A stretch of 64,000 nt of DNA, taken from assembly GCF_001447785.1 (NCBI RefSeq), contig NW_015174272.1, forward strand, positions 728,286 to 792,285, read 5' to 3'. The DNA comes from Gekko japonicus. Lineage: Eukaryota. Both the position numbers and the translations under genes were made by a program. This document shows, one piece after another, positions 36,413 through 49,774 of this stretch (the first letter of the stretch is position 1; each line of letters opens with the position of its first letter). The notes under the pieces are model-generated. The model searched no databases, was not told the origin of the DNA, and was given only the letters and a program-made list of their open reading frames with translations.

Positions 36413-37193
36413 ATGATGATCAAAACTATGCTCAGCAAGCTGGCCTGAGACTACCCCACCCAGTGGTACCTCTACATGGACCCCTTGTTATTTGCAGCAG
36501 AGGAGACCCCCATCCTCCCTGGGGTTCACCCTCTTTGAGTTGGTATATGGCCAGAGGCCCAGGGGCATCCTGGATTTAATGGAGGACCAGTGGGTTCCTG
36601 CCCACCCAAAGCAAGGATTACCGCCTCCTGAGTACATGAGGTGGCTTCACAATCAGTTGGAGAGGGCTCAAGTAGAGGCTAGCCAACATCTGGGAGAGGC
36701 CCAACAAGCCCAGAAAAGGCAGTATGACCAGGGGACCTGGGACAGGACTCTCCAAAATGGGGCCAAGATGCTGGTAAACTGGAGGGCGCTGGCTATAGGT
36801 CATGGAGACCTGTGGCAGGGCCTGTTCTGGGTTACCCAGGTTCTGAGGCCCCTGTCTTACAAGGTGGAGTGTGGGCCCCCTCCGTCAACAGAAGAAGCTC
36901 CACATAAATGACCTTACGGAGAGGCATGAACGCAATACACCAGACTGTCACCTAGCCAAAGACCTGCTGGAGCTGTGGATGGAGAATTACCATGGTGACA
37001 ATCCAGCCGCACCCCAGAAGCACCTCTCCAAGATGGGGAGTTGAGCCCCTCCCAATGCTCTGGTGTCCTGAAGCTGCCTGGTAAAATATAGATCCTTCAT
37101 CCCAATGGCTGAACCAAGGAACAGTTACTCCCAGATTCAGTTCACTAGCAAACCCATCACATTGCTCCCATACTGAGAGTATAAGTGACTTAC

Positions 37194-37357
37194 AGTTGTC
37201 AAAATAGGTCTGGCCATAACTATCTTTGGTTTCCTGTGCAACATTGGTCCAGATCTGCTCCAGTTTGTTGAGGTTCCCCTGGACGTCTGTCATGCCGGTT
37301 CTAAAGTAGCCTGGTTCTATTATGGCTATTTTCACCCCAGATGGGCGGAGCTCACGT
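37194..37357 (-). CDS. RDH16-like coding exon 3
   Basis: RELRPSGVKIAIIEPGYFRT...YGQTYF; 164 bp. Confidence 0.95.
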
Positions 37358-38575
37358 CTAAAAAAGAAAAATCGACAACAGACAACTGTTAAGAAACACA
37401 CAGAGTTATTTTGTGATGTGCTTCTGCAGAGCAAGGGCCACGATTCTCTACTGAATATATTTAAGGGTATTGGATATTTTACCTTTCTAATGTGAGATGC
37501 CACTTTCCATATTCAGTAATAGTGAACACTGTCATAGAAATGCTCTCATGGTGTATCCAATTATTAAGTAAACTCAGTTGCTAATAATGGTCAACTGATG
37601 TTTCGAGAGCTAGCTGAAGACGCTCCCTCAGTGGCTTTTGCGGGTAGACAATATTTCTTTGTCATCAGCACAAGAAGCTGCCTTATATTCAGTCAGACCA
37701 TTGATCTGCCAGATTCATTTTTGTCTACTCTGACTGACAGTGGCTCTCCAGGATCTCAGGAAGAGGTCTTTCACATCACCTACAACATGATGCTTTTAAC
37801 TAGGGATGACATGGACTCAGCCATGGTTCCTCCCTACACAATTGGCTACTGCAGTAGACCACCCTGAATATGCTCACATGAGAACTGGAGAAATGATTTA
37901 AAGTACTAATATAGCCAGTTAAAAAACAAAAACAAACGAGTGTGAAGGCCAAACAACATGTTACGTTTATCACACGTTCACCACAAGGACTTGCAGTTAC
38001 ACTGCAGCTGCAAGTCCCTAGTGGTAATTCTTGTAAAAGCACTCTAGGGGACTGGAGCCAAAATGGTCTGTGGAGCACTATTAGCCCCACTGAGGATCTG
38101 CACATGCACTGCAGCCTTCCTAAATGGCATATGATGCCCCTTGTGGCCCCAAGAAACAGCAGGGGGGGGGGTTTAGGTTGATTATTTTTAAATACTTTGT
38201 AGTTTGAAATATTTCATAACAAAGGGAACATTACTATATTCCAGATTTCTTATGAAACAGAGAGCTTTTGCACCATTATGTAAGTAAGATAGCACTAAGA
38301 TTTTGTATTGTCTCTTGTTATTGGCGTAGCATGTATTCTAAAAAATTGTAGTTTTGTACACTACAGAATATCTCCTGAAGAAGATCCATTTTTTGAAACG
38401 TTGTTATATAATCCGGAGACGACATTGATTATGTACCTTGGTTCAAGGATTTTCTTATGATTTGTTTATCATGTTGTGGTGTAGGAGAAGGGCCAGGGTA
38501 CTTTAATCCATCAGGGAGGCTACCCCAGCAGGATCACCTATGACCATCAACAAGTCCCAAGACTTAACAGACGAC

Positions 38576-38781
38576 CAGAGTTCCCTCTAAGCTGAGTTAG
38601 TGTGAGCTAGCTCACAGTTTTTTAGCCTCCAGCTCACAGATTTTTGTCTTAACTCAGGAAGGATGGTTCCAGAGCAAACTAATTTATGCATCAGCCAAAT
38701 TGCTTGCTCACAACTTTAATGCCAGTAGCTTACAAAGTAGAATTTTTGCTCGCATGACTTCACAGCTTAGAGGGAGCATTG
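38576..38781 (+). mobile_element. hAT MITE family A copy 4
   Basis: Same TIRs; exact TSD cagacgac. Confidence 0.9.
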
Positions 38782-39298
38782 CAGACGACTGCTTCTCACA
38801 TGGACAGTTCTGTGTGGCCTGCTCCAGAGTGAGATCACCAAGCATCTTGGTAATCCTAGCATCTGAGTGCAGAACCATCACTGTGGTCTACAGAGAGGTC
38901 CTTCAGTAGAGAAAAAAACCAGAATATATGTCTCACTTCATTTTTTTACACTACAAAATTTTCCATTAGGATTCCTATAACAAACTCATCAGTATTATAA
39001 CTGGATTCACGGAACTTAAATACTGTAGTGAAGCATGGGTATCAGGCTAGTATTTGATAAACATCTTGTCCAATAGGAAAGCCAGTCCACTGACTAGTGG
39101 TAATGCATGTCCAGATATATTGCAAAAGCTGCCTATTGAATCTACCACAGTGCTTGACAGAGAACTAATTAAAATTTTCCTCCATTAATTTCGAAAAGTT
39201 GACCAGTTTCTTCATGCAGGAAGAAAACCAGTTAACATAGCCCCAAATGCTTGAGAGGTAACCTGATACATGATCATCCTGCTGTTAGAAAAGGATTA

Positions 39299-39616
<318 letters not shown>

Positions 39617-39912
39617 CTAAGCAGAGTTTATAACTATGGGGAGGGATTATTTGATCTCATGGCAAGACACATAGTTGGACTGAGAGTTTTCAGAAGCTTG
39701 CAACAGTGAACATCTTTAGGCCAAAGAGAAAGACTCCTGGAACCAAAGCTAAACTAAAGCTTGGGTAGATGATGGGATCATTGGACTAGAAGAGCTCCAA
39801 ATGCTATCTAGTCTGGTCACTTGCCCAGTGATCTCATGTTTTTATCCCACCATTTCTCCTGAAAGCTCAAGGGAGTATATATGGTCTTTATATTCACAAC
39901 AACCTTGTGAGG

Positions 39913-40443
39913 TGTCATGGGGCATCCAGGGCTCAGCGACAGTGAGGTCTCCTCATAGGAGGAGGGGTCCTGTTAGCCAGCCTGGAGTTGACAGAAGTCG
40001 ACCAGCAGCAGGAAAATGAGCTGCAGGCATGCCAGGATTTACAGCCTGGTGCAGAACCACCTACACTCTCCAGCCCTCTGGGATCACCTGCACCCTTGGA
40101 ACGTTGCAGACAAAGGCTGAGAACTGAGTTACAGGTTAGACAAAGTGCATGCCTCCTGGCTCAGCACCAGCTATCTTCTGATAATGATGATGAGTCTTTG
40201 TAGGACTGTTCCTGAGCAGCTGGTTGGAGGCATGACGCTTGGGTGTATGGCTATAAAGCCTCCCGAGAGAGGCTTGTTGGGCATGGACGCAACCTGTACA
40301 TTAGATGCCAAACTGCCTGGTTTCTGAAACCCTGACCTTGGACTGCAGGACACTGAACGTTGGAAACTTCCTCTGGGCTTGTTATTTTGGTGGAACAGAA
40401 CCAGATACTGTAACCTGACACCCAGAGCCTGCAAGTCAGTACA
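39913..40443 (+). mobile_element. Solo LTR inserted in a SINE remnant
   Basis: TGT...ACA ends, TATAAA at ~40252, flanks tgagg/tgagt; SINE text CAACCTTGTGAG...AGGCTG resumes after it. Confidence 0.65.
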
Positions 40444-40622
40444 TGAGTTATATTAGGCTGGGAACAAGTAACTGGCTCAAGGCCATCCTATGAACCTCAT
40501 GGCAGAGTGTGGATTTGAACCTAGGTTTCTCCAATTGCACTCTAACCTCTGCACTTGACTCAGTGTGTGGTAGTGGTTAGAGTGTCCAATAGGAAGCATT
40601 TGGAAGACGTTAGCCACGGTAC

Positions 40623-40935
40623 CTTTGTTCCCCACATGTTCTTTCACCCACTCAGTTGCCATAGCAACACTCTCTGTGCTGGTCACATCCATGATGATGG
40701 TTTTCAGCCGGTCAGATGTGACCCTTTCCAGTTCCTCAGCCCCCTTCTGGGTAAGACATCCCGCCAAGATCCGCAAGCCCTGCATATCCAGCTGCCGGGC
40801 AAGCTGGTTTCCAAAGCCAGAATCGCAGCCAGTGATGAAGACATATTTCTCCTTCAGGTTCTCCACAGTCTGTCTCTCCAGGAACCATCGGATCAGGAAG
40901 AACAGTGCCACTGAGATTACCAGATAGAACCACAT
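40623..40935 (-). CDS. SDR9C retinol/sterol dehydrogenase (RDH16/RDH7/HSD17B6-like), coding exon 1
   Basis: MWFYLVISVALFFLIRW...KYVFITGCDSGFG; 313 coding nt; acceptor 5 nt upstream of the ATG (40941-42). Confidence 0.95.
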
Positions 40936-43579
40936 GCTTGCTAAGTACAAAAACAAAAACCAATACAAGTGGGGAGGTTTTTTAAAAAAAATCTGCATTC
41001 TGGGTTTAATCTGTTCCCTCTCTTCTCATTCTGTGATGATCAGACAGCAGTTCTGTCTTTGGAGAGTGCTTTGGGTCAATGTACAATCTTAGGTAACTAT
41101 TAACAAAGCCATGCTGATCCTGTAGTTCACTGCACCTTTTCCTGAGTGAATGACATTTCACACAATTTGGTCAATGTTGCTGTAATACTGGCTGGAATAC
41201 ACTAACAGTGCTTTGTTAAAATTAATAAAGCTGTTTGACTTTCTGGATAAATTGGTAACAGTGATTCGCTCATGAAAGTTTCCCTTTTCAGAGTGGATGT
41301 ATAGTAGATTTTTCAGTGTGGCCAAATAAGAGGCCAAAGGATTTCAGAAGCTAACATACACCCTCTTTTTTTTTTTGCGGCTAACCCCCCACCCCAACCT
41401 CTGCAAGTGTTTGAACACCTCCCCAACATCCTTGAACTAAGGCCTTGAACTAAGGGGTGGATCTAAATCAATGCTGTTAGCACGTGGGCAGACAGCTCAG
41501 TAACTCCAAACCTATTCTAAGTCAGTGTACCTTTCTGCTGCTGTTTCTTAATGACTACTGCTGTTTCTTAATAACTACAGCTTTATCCAGAGTGTGGTGG
41601 AACCATGGCATGTCCATGAAACTCAGTAGCATCCCTCATATGCAGGTTTCTACTAAGTTCTCGTCCTCCTTGACCTCCCCATCACTCTTTCTTGCTTCCC
41701 TCCCTTCACACCGTAGGTTTCCATGACTTTGTCCTCAGCAAGTTCTTTCCGCTTACATTGAATGAGCAGGAAGAAGTTATTCTTCTGCTTTCCCTTTCTC
41801 TGTTGGGGTCCAACAGAAATCATAATTTTCTTTTCCCCTTCTACATGCTACTGTTGGGCTACCTCAGCAAATCCAACAGCTTTCAGCACCACCTATAAAC
41901 TGACAATGCCCAATTCTACCTCTCTACCCATGAACTTTGTCCCTCTATCAGTTCTGAAATTCCAGTTGCCTGCCTGTCTCCCTCCCTCAACTTGGATGTC
42001 TCATTGCTATCTCAAACTCACTAAGTCTATGAATGAATAACTCGTCTGTGCTCCAACGCCCTTCCTCCTTGAATAGTCTCCACATCAGTCTGCAAAGCCT
42101 TGGTTTGTCTTTTTTAAATATATATATACATTTTTTTATTTTAATTTTTTAATATACATCAACAGAACAACAACAAAACCTTAATGGAACACAATTAAAA
42201 CCATAACAATAATGGAAAAGTATTATTATATATTATAATTACAGTTCTAAATGAACCTGTTAATATTACATCATATGAACAATATCATAATATTTCTTTG
42301 GGACCTGAACAGTTTTAGATGAATCTTTGTTGAAATAATATTCAAGGAATGGAAACCATTTAAGCTGGAAATCACTATGTCCTGACGCATTAGAAAAGGA
42401 AGACACCTTATCTGAAAGCTTATCCATTGAGTAGAACTCCCAGAGTTTGTTGTAACAATGTGAAAGAGTTATATTATTTGTACTTTTCCACGTATTAGCT
42501 ATGATCGCTTTTACTGCTACCATGAAAATTGAAATAAGTTCTCTTCTAATTCTAGGAATAGTTTGATCATTCCAAAGGTCTAATAGATATGTTTCTGTGG
42601 AAAGAGGAATGTAATAACCAGTAATAGTTCTAATAGCTTTTGAAACTTTTATCCAGAATTTTTTAACAACAGGACAGTACCACCAACAGTGGATAAAAGA
42701 TCCGTGGCCCCCACATGACCTCCAACAAGTTGGTGAGTATGATTTTGTGATATTGTGTAATCTTGCTGGGGTTAAGTACCATCTTGTTAGTACCTTGTAA
42801 CTTTGCAGTTGTATATTTAAAGATTTTGAATTAATGGATGGGGAGGACCAAATTTTTTGCCAAGATTTCTCGTTGATGGTAGTAGTGCAATCTATTTGCC
42901 ATAAGGTTTGGTAACTAAGCAGTTGATTAGAATGGGATATAACTAGTTTATCATATAGAACTGCAATAATATTTTTAAAATGAGTTCTGTCAATTTTCAA
43001 TATTCATTCAAATATAGTTAATGGTCTAGTTAAATCTGAAGTGGATAACAAGGAGCTTGTTAAGTGTTTCACTTGGTAATATTCGTACCATGGAATGGAG
43101 CATTTATATTTTTTCTCTATAGCTAGTTTGGGTATTAATTCATTATCCTGTAATATATTACATAGTCTAGAAATGTTATTACGCTTCCATATCTCAAATG
43201 ATGATTTAATACCCAAACTAGCTATAGAGAAAAAATATAAATGCTCCATTCCATGGTACGAATATTACCAAGTGAAACACTTAACAACAGGACACTTAAC
43301 AACAGGACCCTCAGAACTCTCCAATAATATCTTTTTGCAATACACACTTAAGGTATGGGATAGAAGGAAACACCTACTAGCTCCAAAGGTATCACCTATC
43401 ACTTCTTTTCTAGGGCACATGATACCTTTGGAGCTAGTAGGTGTTTTCTTGTGTGGTTGAGAGAGTATGATCGGATATAACATAGTTTTGGTTGGATTTG
43501 CACTTAAATCTGAGAATTTTCCAAAAGAGTTTAGTAGGTTTTCTAGTTCAGGAAGTGTGGTTTGAGGGTTAGTTACTAG

Positions 43580-43970
43580 CAGGGCTATTTTTGGGCAGGA
43601 ACACACAGGAACGGCGTTCCGGCTGGCTCCCAAGTTGGCCACACCCAGCAGGAACTCATTAACATAACAGGCCACACCCAACAGCAGAAACCCCTTAGGA
43701 TTGGCTACACTGGGGTGTCTGGCCTAATATGCAAAGGGTTCCTGCTACAAAAAAAGCCCTGGGTTTTGACAACAAGGTAAACAAAATAAGAAGCAAAAGG
43801 TGGGTGTGGCTGGATGGCCACACTTCTGGCAACATGGGGGTGTGGCCTAATATGTTAATATGATGTGCTATCAAGGGTGTGGTCTATTATGCTAATGACT
43901 TTCTGCTGTTGAGTGTGGCCTATTATACTAATGAGTTGCTGCTGGGCTTTTTCTACAAAAAAAAGCCCTG
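43580..43970. mobile_element. hAT MITE (family B-related) inside L1 RT
   Basis: TIRs CAGGGCTATTTTTG / CAAAAAAAAGCCCTG; exact TSD gttactag. Confidence 0.88.
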
Positions 43971-46900
43971 GTTACTAGAACTGCCATGTCATCAGCGAAG
44001 AGACTTAATTTGATTTCTTGGTCTCCTACCGTGATGCCTATGATGTTTGGATGGGTGCGAATAGCCTGGGCCAGAGGTTCTATAGCAATGGCAAACAGGA
44101 GAGGGGACAGTGAACACCCTTGCCGTGTCCCTCTAGAAAGATGGAAGGTATCGGAGTTTTGTCCATTTATTCTGAGTTGTGCTCTAGGAGATTGGTATAA
44201 TGTATGGATTGCTCTTTTAAAATTAGTGCCAAAACCTAAATGTTCAAGTACGTGTTCTAAATATTGAGGTTCTACCTTGTCAAAAGCTTTTTCTATGCCA
44301 ATAGATAAAATAAAAGATGAATCTACCTGCTTGTATTTGCAATACTGTATGGTGTTTAAGATCTTTCTTGTGTTATCTGATATATCTCGGTTTTGAATAA
44401 AACCTGATTGATCTGGGTGTATTATAGAACCTACTATTTTATTCAATCTGGCTGTTAAAAGTTGCTGTAAAAATCTTATAATCTGTGTTAAGAAGAGACA
44501 TAGGCCTAGGGTCAGTTTGAGCTCTATTTTTTTTTAGGAATCACTATGATTCTTGCCATGTTCCAAGTATCCCGCATAATGCCTGCTGACATCACTCGGT
44601 TACAGGTTTCAGCCAGATGAGTTTGGAGATAAGGTGAATATTTTTCTAAAAACTCAGGTGTAAATCCATCACAGCCCAGAGATTTGTTCATTTTAAGGTT
44701 TCTAATAGTGTTTTGGATTTCCTGTGGGGTTATAGGAGCTTCTAACAATTCTATATGTTGTTGTGTTAAATGTTGTAGGAGAGGGTAATTTGCTAAAAAA
44801 TGTGCAATATCCTGAGATGAGGGTTTGCTCGTGGTATATAATGAAGTATAGTATTGTAAGAAAGAATCTAAAATGTCGGGTATGGAATATAATGAAATTC
44901 CCTGTTTGTTTTTAATATGGGTGATTAAATTTGCCGTCTGTTTTGTCCTAACCTTCCATGCTAAAAGTTTAATAGATTGTGGGCCTCTAAGCCAGTATTT
45001 TTGCTTGATATACATGATTTGTTTTTGGATCTGGGAAACTTCTATCGACTCAAATTTTTTCCGTTCCAATAATAATTTTCTATATTTTTTTTACATCCAT
45101 AGGCCTTGTATTCGTCTTCTAATTTTTTAATATTTGCCTGTAGGTCTGACTTAATTTGGTTTTTTCTTTTTTTGCAGGAAGCGGAGAGGGACATTAGTTT
45201 ACCACGAAGGACTGCTTTAAAGGCGTCCCAGACTATATGTTTGGGTACACCACACTCACTGTTAAATTTGAAATATTCTTTAATATGTTTCTCAATTTCT
45301 TTTGCTGTTGTTTCTGTCAATAAAAGATTATTATCTAAACTCCAAGAGTAGTTGTCATGTGTTTTATCCTCGTACCTCATGTCGCTTTCGATCCAGGAAT
45401 GGTCCGACCAGAGCCTGATTCCTATGTCTGCTGAGGGGAATAAATTTACTATAGATGTTGATACAAGAATATAATCAATCCTTGTATGTACTTTATATTT
45501 TGGGGAATAAAATGTGTAATTTCTTTCAGACCCATGTCTGTCCCTCCAAATATCACAAAGTGCATATTTCTTAAATAAAACTTGAAATTGGGTTGGTTTA
45601 GGTTGTTTAAGTTTTGCCCACCTATGAGCTGAAGAATGTGGGCGGGATCTATCTAAATAAGCATCCGAAATGTAGTTAAAATCTCCACCAATAATAAATG
45701 ATCCCTTGCTAAATAAATGTAATTTTGAAAGTGTATTATTAAGAAAAGGAATTTGGCCACTGTTGGGTACGTAAATAGAAACTAGGGTCAAAGGTTTCCC
45801 AAAATAGCTTCCTTTCACAAACAGGAATCTTCCAAATGGATCTTTTCCTATCTTTTCTGTAGTGAACCTAAAGGACTTGCTTATAAGGATTGCAACACCT
45901 CTGGCTTTTGATGTTCCATGTGCTTGAATCTGTTGGGATAGTTTAGCCGAACTGAATACTAGGGGATGTTTTGCATTGAGGTGTGTTTCTTGCAGAAAAA
46001 TTACCTCAGGTTTTTGTTTCAGTAGTGCCGTAGCTGTCCTCTTTTTCTTAATGTTTGAATTCAGCCCTCTACAATTTAGGGAGATAATTTTAACATTAGA
46101 TTGAGACAACATGGAAATTCAAAGGGGTAGATGTAACATAAGCAAACCTTATCATATCCGATAAATCACTGCATTTACTGATGTAAGCATATGAAAAAGA
46201 AGAAGTATAATTACTTTCAGTTCTCCATTTAGCTTGACTATAGCTTTGCAAAAAGTTAAGAACATTTTCCATTCTAATGAAAACCATTATAGACTCTCCA
46301 GTGCAAACCAAAGCTGTAAGAAAAAGGAAACTTAATACAAACTGTATATAAAACATTTTTAACTGTTATAACTGCGCAGGACTAATAACCTCGTCCTGCT
46401 ACCCTTTTACTAAAGGTTTTTACAATTTGAAAGTTGGTAAAATTTAAACACTAAAGGGAGCTAGTACCCTGAAAAACTCCTCCCCCTCCCCCCTGCTGTC
46501 AAGTAAATGTTGAAAAGGTATTACATCTAAGCTATTTTAGAGATGTTTTCTCTTCTACCCTCAAGAAGCAAGCAAACAATCAAATATAGAAAAAAGCAAG
46601 TTAAGCTACTAAATGCGAATTTCCGATATAAAACAATAACTGAGCCTTCATGTAACATCTGAATATATCAACAACAACAAATAGTTAGTTTTTTAAGAAC
46701 TAAATTACTACAAGTCTGCGGTGTTTTAACGTTCCCTTAGTTTTTTAAGTCTGTGCCATCTCTCTGCCCGCTGTGCTAGAGCTCCGATTTCTTCCGGCTT
46801 TTCAGGATGCAGCTGGGGATCAATTTGCAGGTCTTTAAGAAGTTGAATGCCCGATTCCAAATCAAAGGCTTGGTACCTTGTGCCATCATGAATCACTTGC

Positions 46901-47729
46901 AGTTTGTGCGATGCCATCCAACGATACTTATAGTTTGCTGATCGTAAAGCCAATGTAATAGGTTTTAAAAGTTTTCTTCATTGTAGGGTATCAGGAGATA
47001 AGTCTTGCAATACCAAGATTTTGTGCTCGGCATAAAGCAAATAGCCTTGAGTTCTGGCTTGCTCTAATATGGCCGTCTTGGTTCTGGAGCATGTAAATTT
47101 TGCGATGATGTTTCTTCGAAACGGCCGTTGGTTTTGGCGCGCTGGCCCTGCTCTATAGGCCCAATCTATTAAAGGTGCTACCCCCTTTTCTAACTTGAGG
47201 GCCGTTCCAAGCCAATTTGCTAAGAAGGAGCTTAGTTCTGAGTTTTGTTCTGATTGCTCAGGGAAACCACAAAACTTCAGGTTTTCGGCTCGTAAGTGAT
47301 TTTCTATTGCAAGTATTTTATCAGTTGCCCATTCCTCTCTGCTATAGAGGTATTTAGTGTCCTCCTGAATTGTTAGCCCGACTTCCATTGCGGTGTCAGC
47401 TGTCTGGGCTACCTTGGTAAGCGCTTCTTTTAAGTCTTTCAATTGAGAGGTAATGGGTTGTAAAAGAGTTTGAATTGTCGAGGTCATGCTGCGCTCAAGA
47501 GTCTGAAGAGAGTCTAAGAATTCTTGGCGCGTTACATTTAGACCTTTGCCTTCAGGGTTCTCGCCGGCCACCATCTTACCTCCAGTTGTAAGGGGAGTCT
47601 TCGGCGGGGTCCTGGATTGCGGATTCAGGAAATAGTCTTGAACTGTTTTAGAGTTTGTAGTAGATCTATTTTTAATATTTGAGGATCTTCCCATGTTAGG
47701 GAATAGCTTTTTTGTCGGGTAGAAGATGA

Positions 47730-49774
47730 TAAATTGACATTAGGAACAGGAAACCAGCCAGGGAGGCAGTGAGGCCCTTGGATGACCAAGGGGTAAAAGG
47801 AGTACTGAAGGATGATAGGGAAATGGCTGAGAAGCTAAATGCATTTTTTGCCTCCGTCTTCACTGTGGAAGATGAGAAGTGGTTGCCCACTCCAGAACCG
47901 CTGATTTCGGGAGGGGTGTTGAAAGACCTGAGCCAAATTGAGGTGACGAGAGAGGAGATCCTAAAACTGATAGACAACTTAAAAATTGATAAATCACCAG
48001 GCCCAGATGGCATACATCCGAGAGTTCGGAAAGAACTCAAATGTGAACCTGACAAAAATATGTAATCTTTCCTTAAAATCTGCCTCCATTCCTGAGGACT
48101 AGAAGGTAGCTAATGTCACTCCCATCTTTTAAAAGGGTTCCAGAGGAGATCCGGGAAATTACAGGCCAGTCAGTCTGACGTTGATACCGGGTAAATTGGT
48201 GGAAACCATTATTAAGGAAAGAATTAGCAGGCACATAGATGGACAAAACCTATTGAGGCAGACTCAGCATGGGTTCTATAAGGGAAGATCTTGTCTCACT
48301 AACCTGTTAATGTTCTTTGAGGGGGTGAACAAACATGTGGACATTGTTTACCTTGACTTCCAGAAANNNNNNNNNNNNNNNNNNNNNNNNNNNNNNNNNN
48401 NNNNNNNNNNNNNNNNNNNNNNNNNNNNNNNNNNNNNNNNNNNNNNNNNNNNNNNNNNNNNNNNNNNNNNNNNNNNNNNNNNNNNNNNNNNNNNNNNNNN
48501 NNNNNNNNNNNNNNNNNNNNNNNNNNNNNNNNNNNNNNNNNNNNNNNNNNNNNNNNNNNNNNNNNNNNNNNNNNNNNNNNNNNNNNNNNNNNNNNNNNNN
48601 NNNNNNNNNNNNNNNNNNNNNNNNNNNNNNNNNNNNNNNNNNNNNNNNNNNNNNNNNNNNNNNNNNNNNNNNNNNNNNNNNNNNNNNNNNNNNNNNNNNN
48701 NNNNNNNNNNNNNNNNNNNNNNNNNNNNNNNNNNNNNNNNNNNNNNNNNNNNNNNNNNNNNNNNNNNNNNNNNNNNNNNNNNNNNNNNNNNNNNNNNNNN
48801 NNNNNNNNNNNNNNNNNNNNNNNNNNNNNNNNNNNNNNNNNNNNNNNNNNNNNNNNNNNNNNNNNNNNNNNNNNNNNNNNNNNNNNNNNNNNNNNNNNNN
48901 NNNNNNNNNNNNNNNNNNNNNNNNNNNNNNNNNNNNNNNNNNNNNNNNNNNNNNNNNNNNNNNNNNNNNNNNNNNNNNNNNNNNNNNNNNNNNNNNNNNN
49001 NNNNNNNNNNNNNNNNNNNNNNNNNNNNNNNNNNNNNNNNNNNNNNNNNNNNNNNNNNNNNNNNNNNNNNNNNNNNNNNNNNNNNNNNNNNNNNNNNNNN
49101 NNNNNNNNNNNNNNNNNNAAAGGAAGTACTTCTTCACCCAAAGAGTGATTCACACATGGAATTCACTGCCACAGGAGGTGGTGGCGGCTACAAGCATGGA
49201 CGGCTTCAAAAGGGAATTAGATAGGCATATGGAGCAGAGGTCCATCAGTGGCTATTAGCCACAAGTAGGGCTGCCAAATCCCCCCGGGGGGGCGGATTTC
49301 CCCCTGCTTTGGAGGCCCAATTTCCGCCCCCGCGGAATCGAACCCCGGGGGAAACCCCACCCCCGCATGCACGTCACCCGGATGTGACGTCGCACGCTGG
49401 GGGCGGAGCCACAGCCATTTGAGGGCCAAATGGCTGTGGCCCCGCCCCCAGCATGCCTGGCGTCATGACGTCACATCCAGGTGACATAGATGCGGTGCTT
49501 GCGCTTGCGCTTCGGGAGCTGCCCAGGAGTCCCCCGCCAAGGAGGTGAGTGCCATTTGGCAACCCTAGCCACAAGGTATAGATAGGGACTCTGGGGCAAG
49601 TGATGCTCTGTCTTCTTGGTGCTTGGGGGGGCCAACAGTGGGAGGGCTTCTAATGTCCTGGCCCCACTGGTGGACCTCCTGGTGGCACCTGGTATTTTTG
49701 GCCACTGTGTGACAGAGTGTTGGACTAGATGGGCCTTTGGCCTGATCCAACACTGGCGTCTCTTATGTCCTTAT
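47730..49774 (+). mobile_element. 5'-truncated CR1 inserted in the L1 5'UTR (spans N gap)
   Basis: AEKLNAFFASVF, KSPGPDGIHPRV, QHGF..GRSCLTNL, VYLDFQK; (CTTATG) tail; short gatga duplication at the flanks. Confidence 0.88.
49266..49567. mobile_element. hAT MITE (TAGGGTTGCCA family) in the CR1 3' region
   Basis: TIRs TAGGGCTGCCAAAT / ATTTGGCAACCCTA; exact TSD gccacaag. Confidence 0.9.

Larger units (their letters stand above)
31750..37050 (+). mobile_element. Degenerate, 3'-truncated Gmr1-like element in the RDH intron before the last coding exon
   Basis: Putative LTR TGTGA..TCACA 31750-32111, decayed PBS TGGTGGGGTATGTGGGCA 32115-32132, MDLAQFGQ*LAEHQAQL, SCAN remnant WLKP..QEQLL, AMLDPG, HDHPWEGH, IAMDFVG, FELVYGQRPRG; no RT or 3' LTR seen. 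Confidence 0.88.

Noticed and set aside
48181-49258. Long ORFs of 276-347 aa
   Set aside because: Almost entirely X residues from the N gap.
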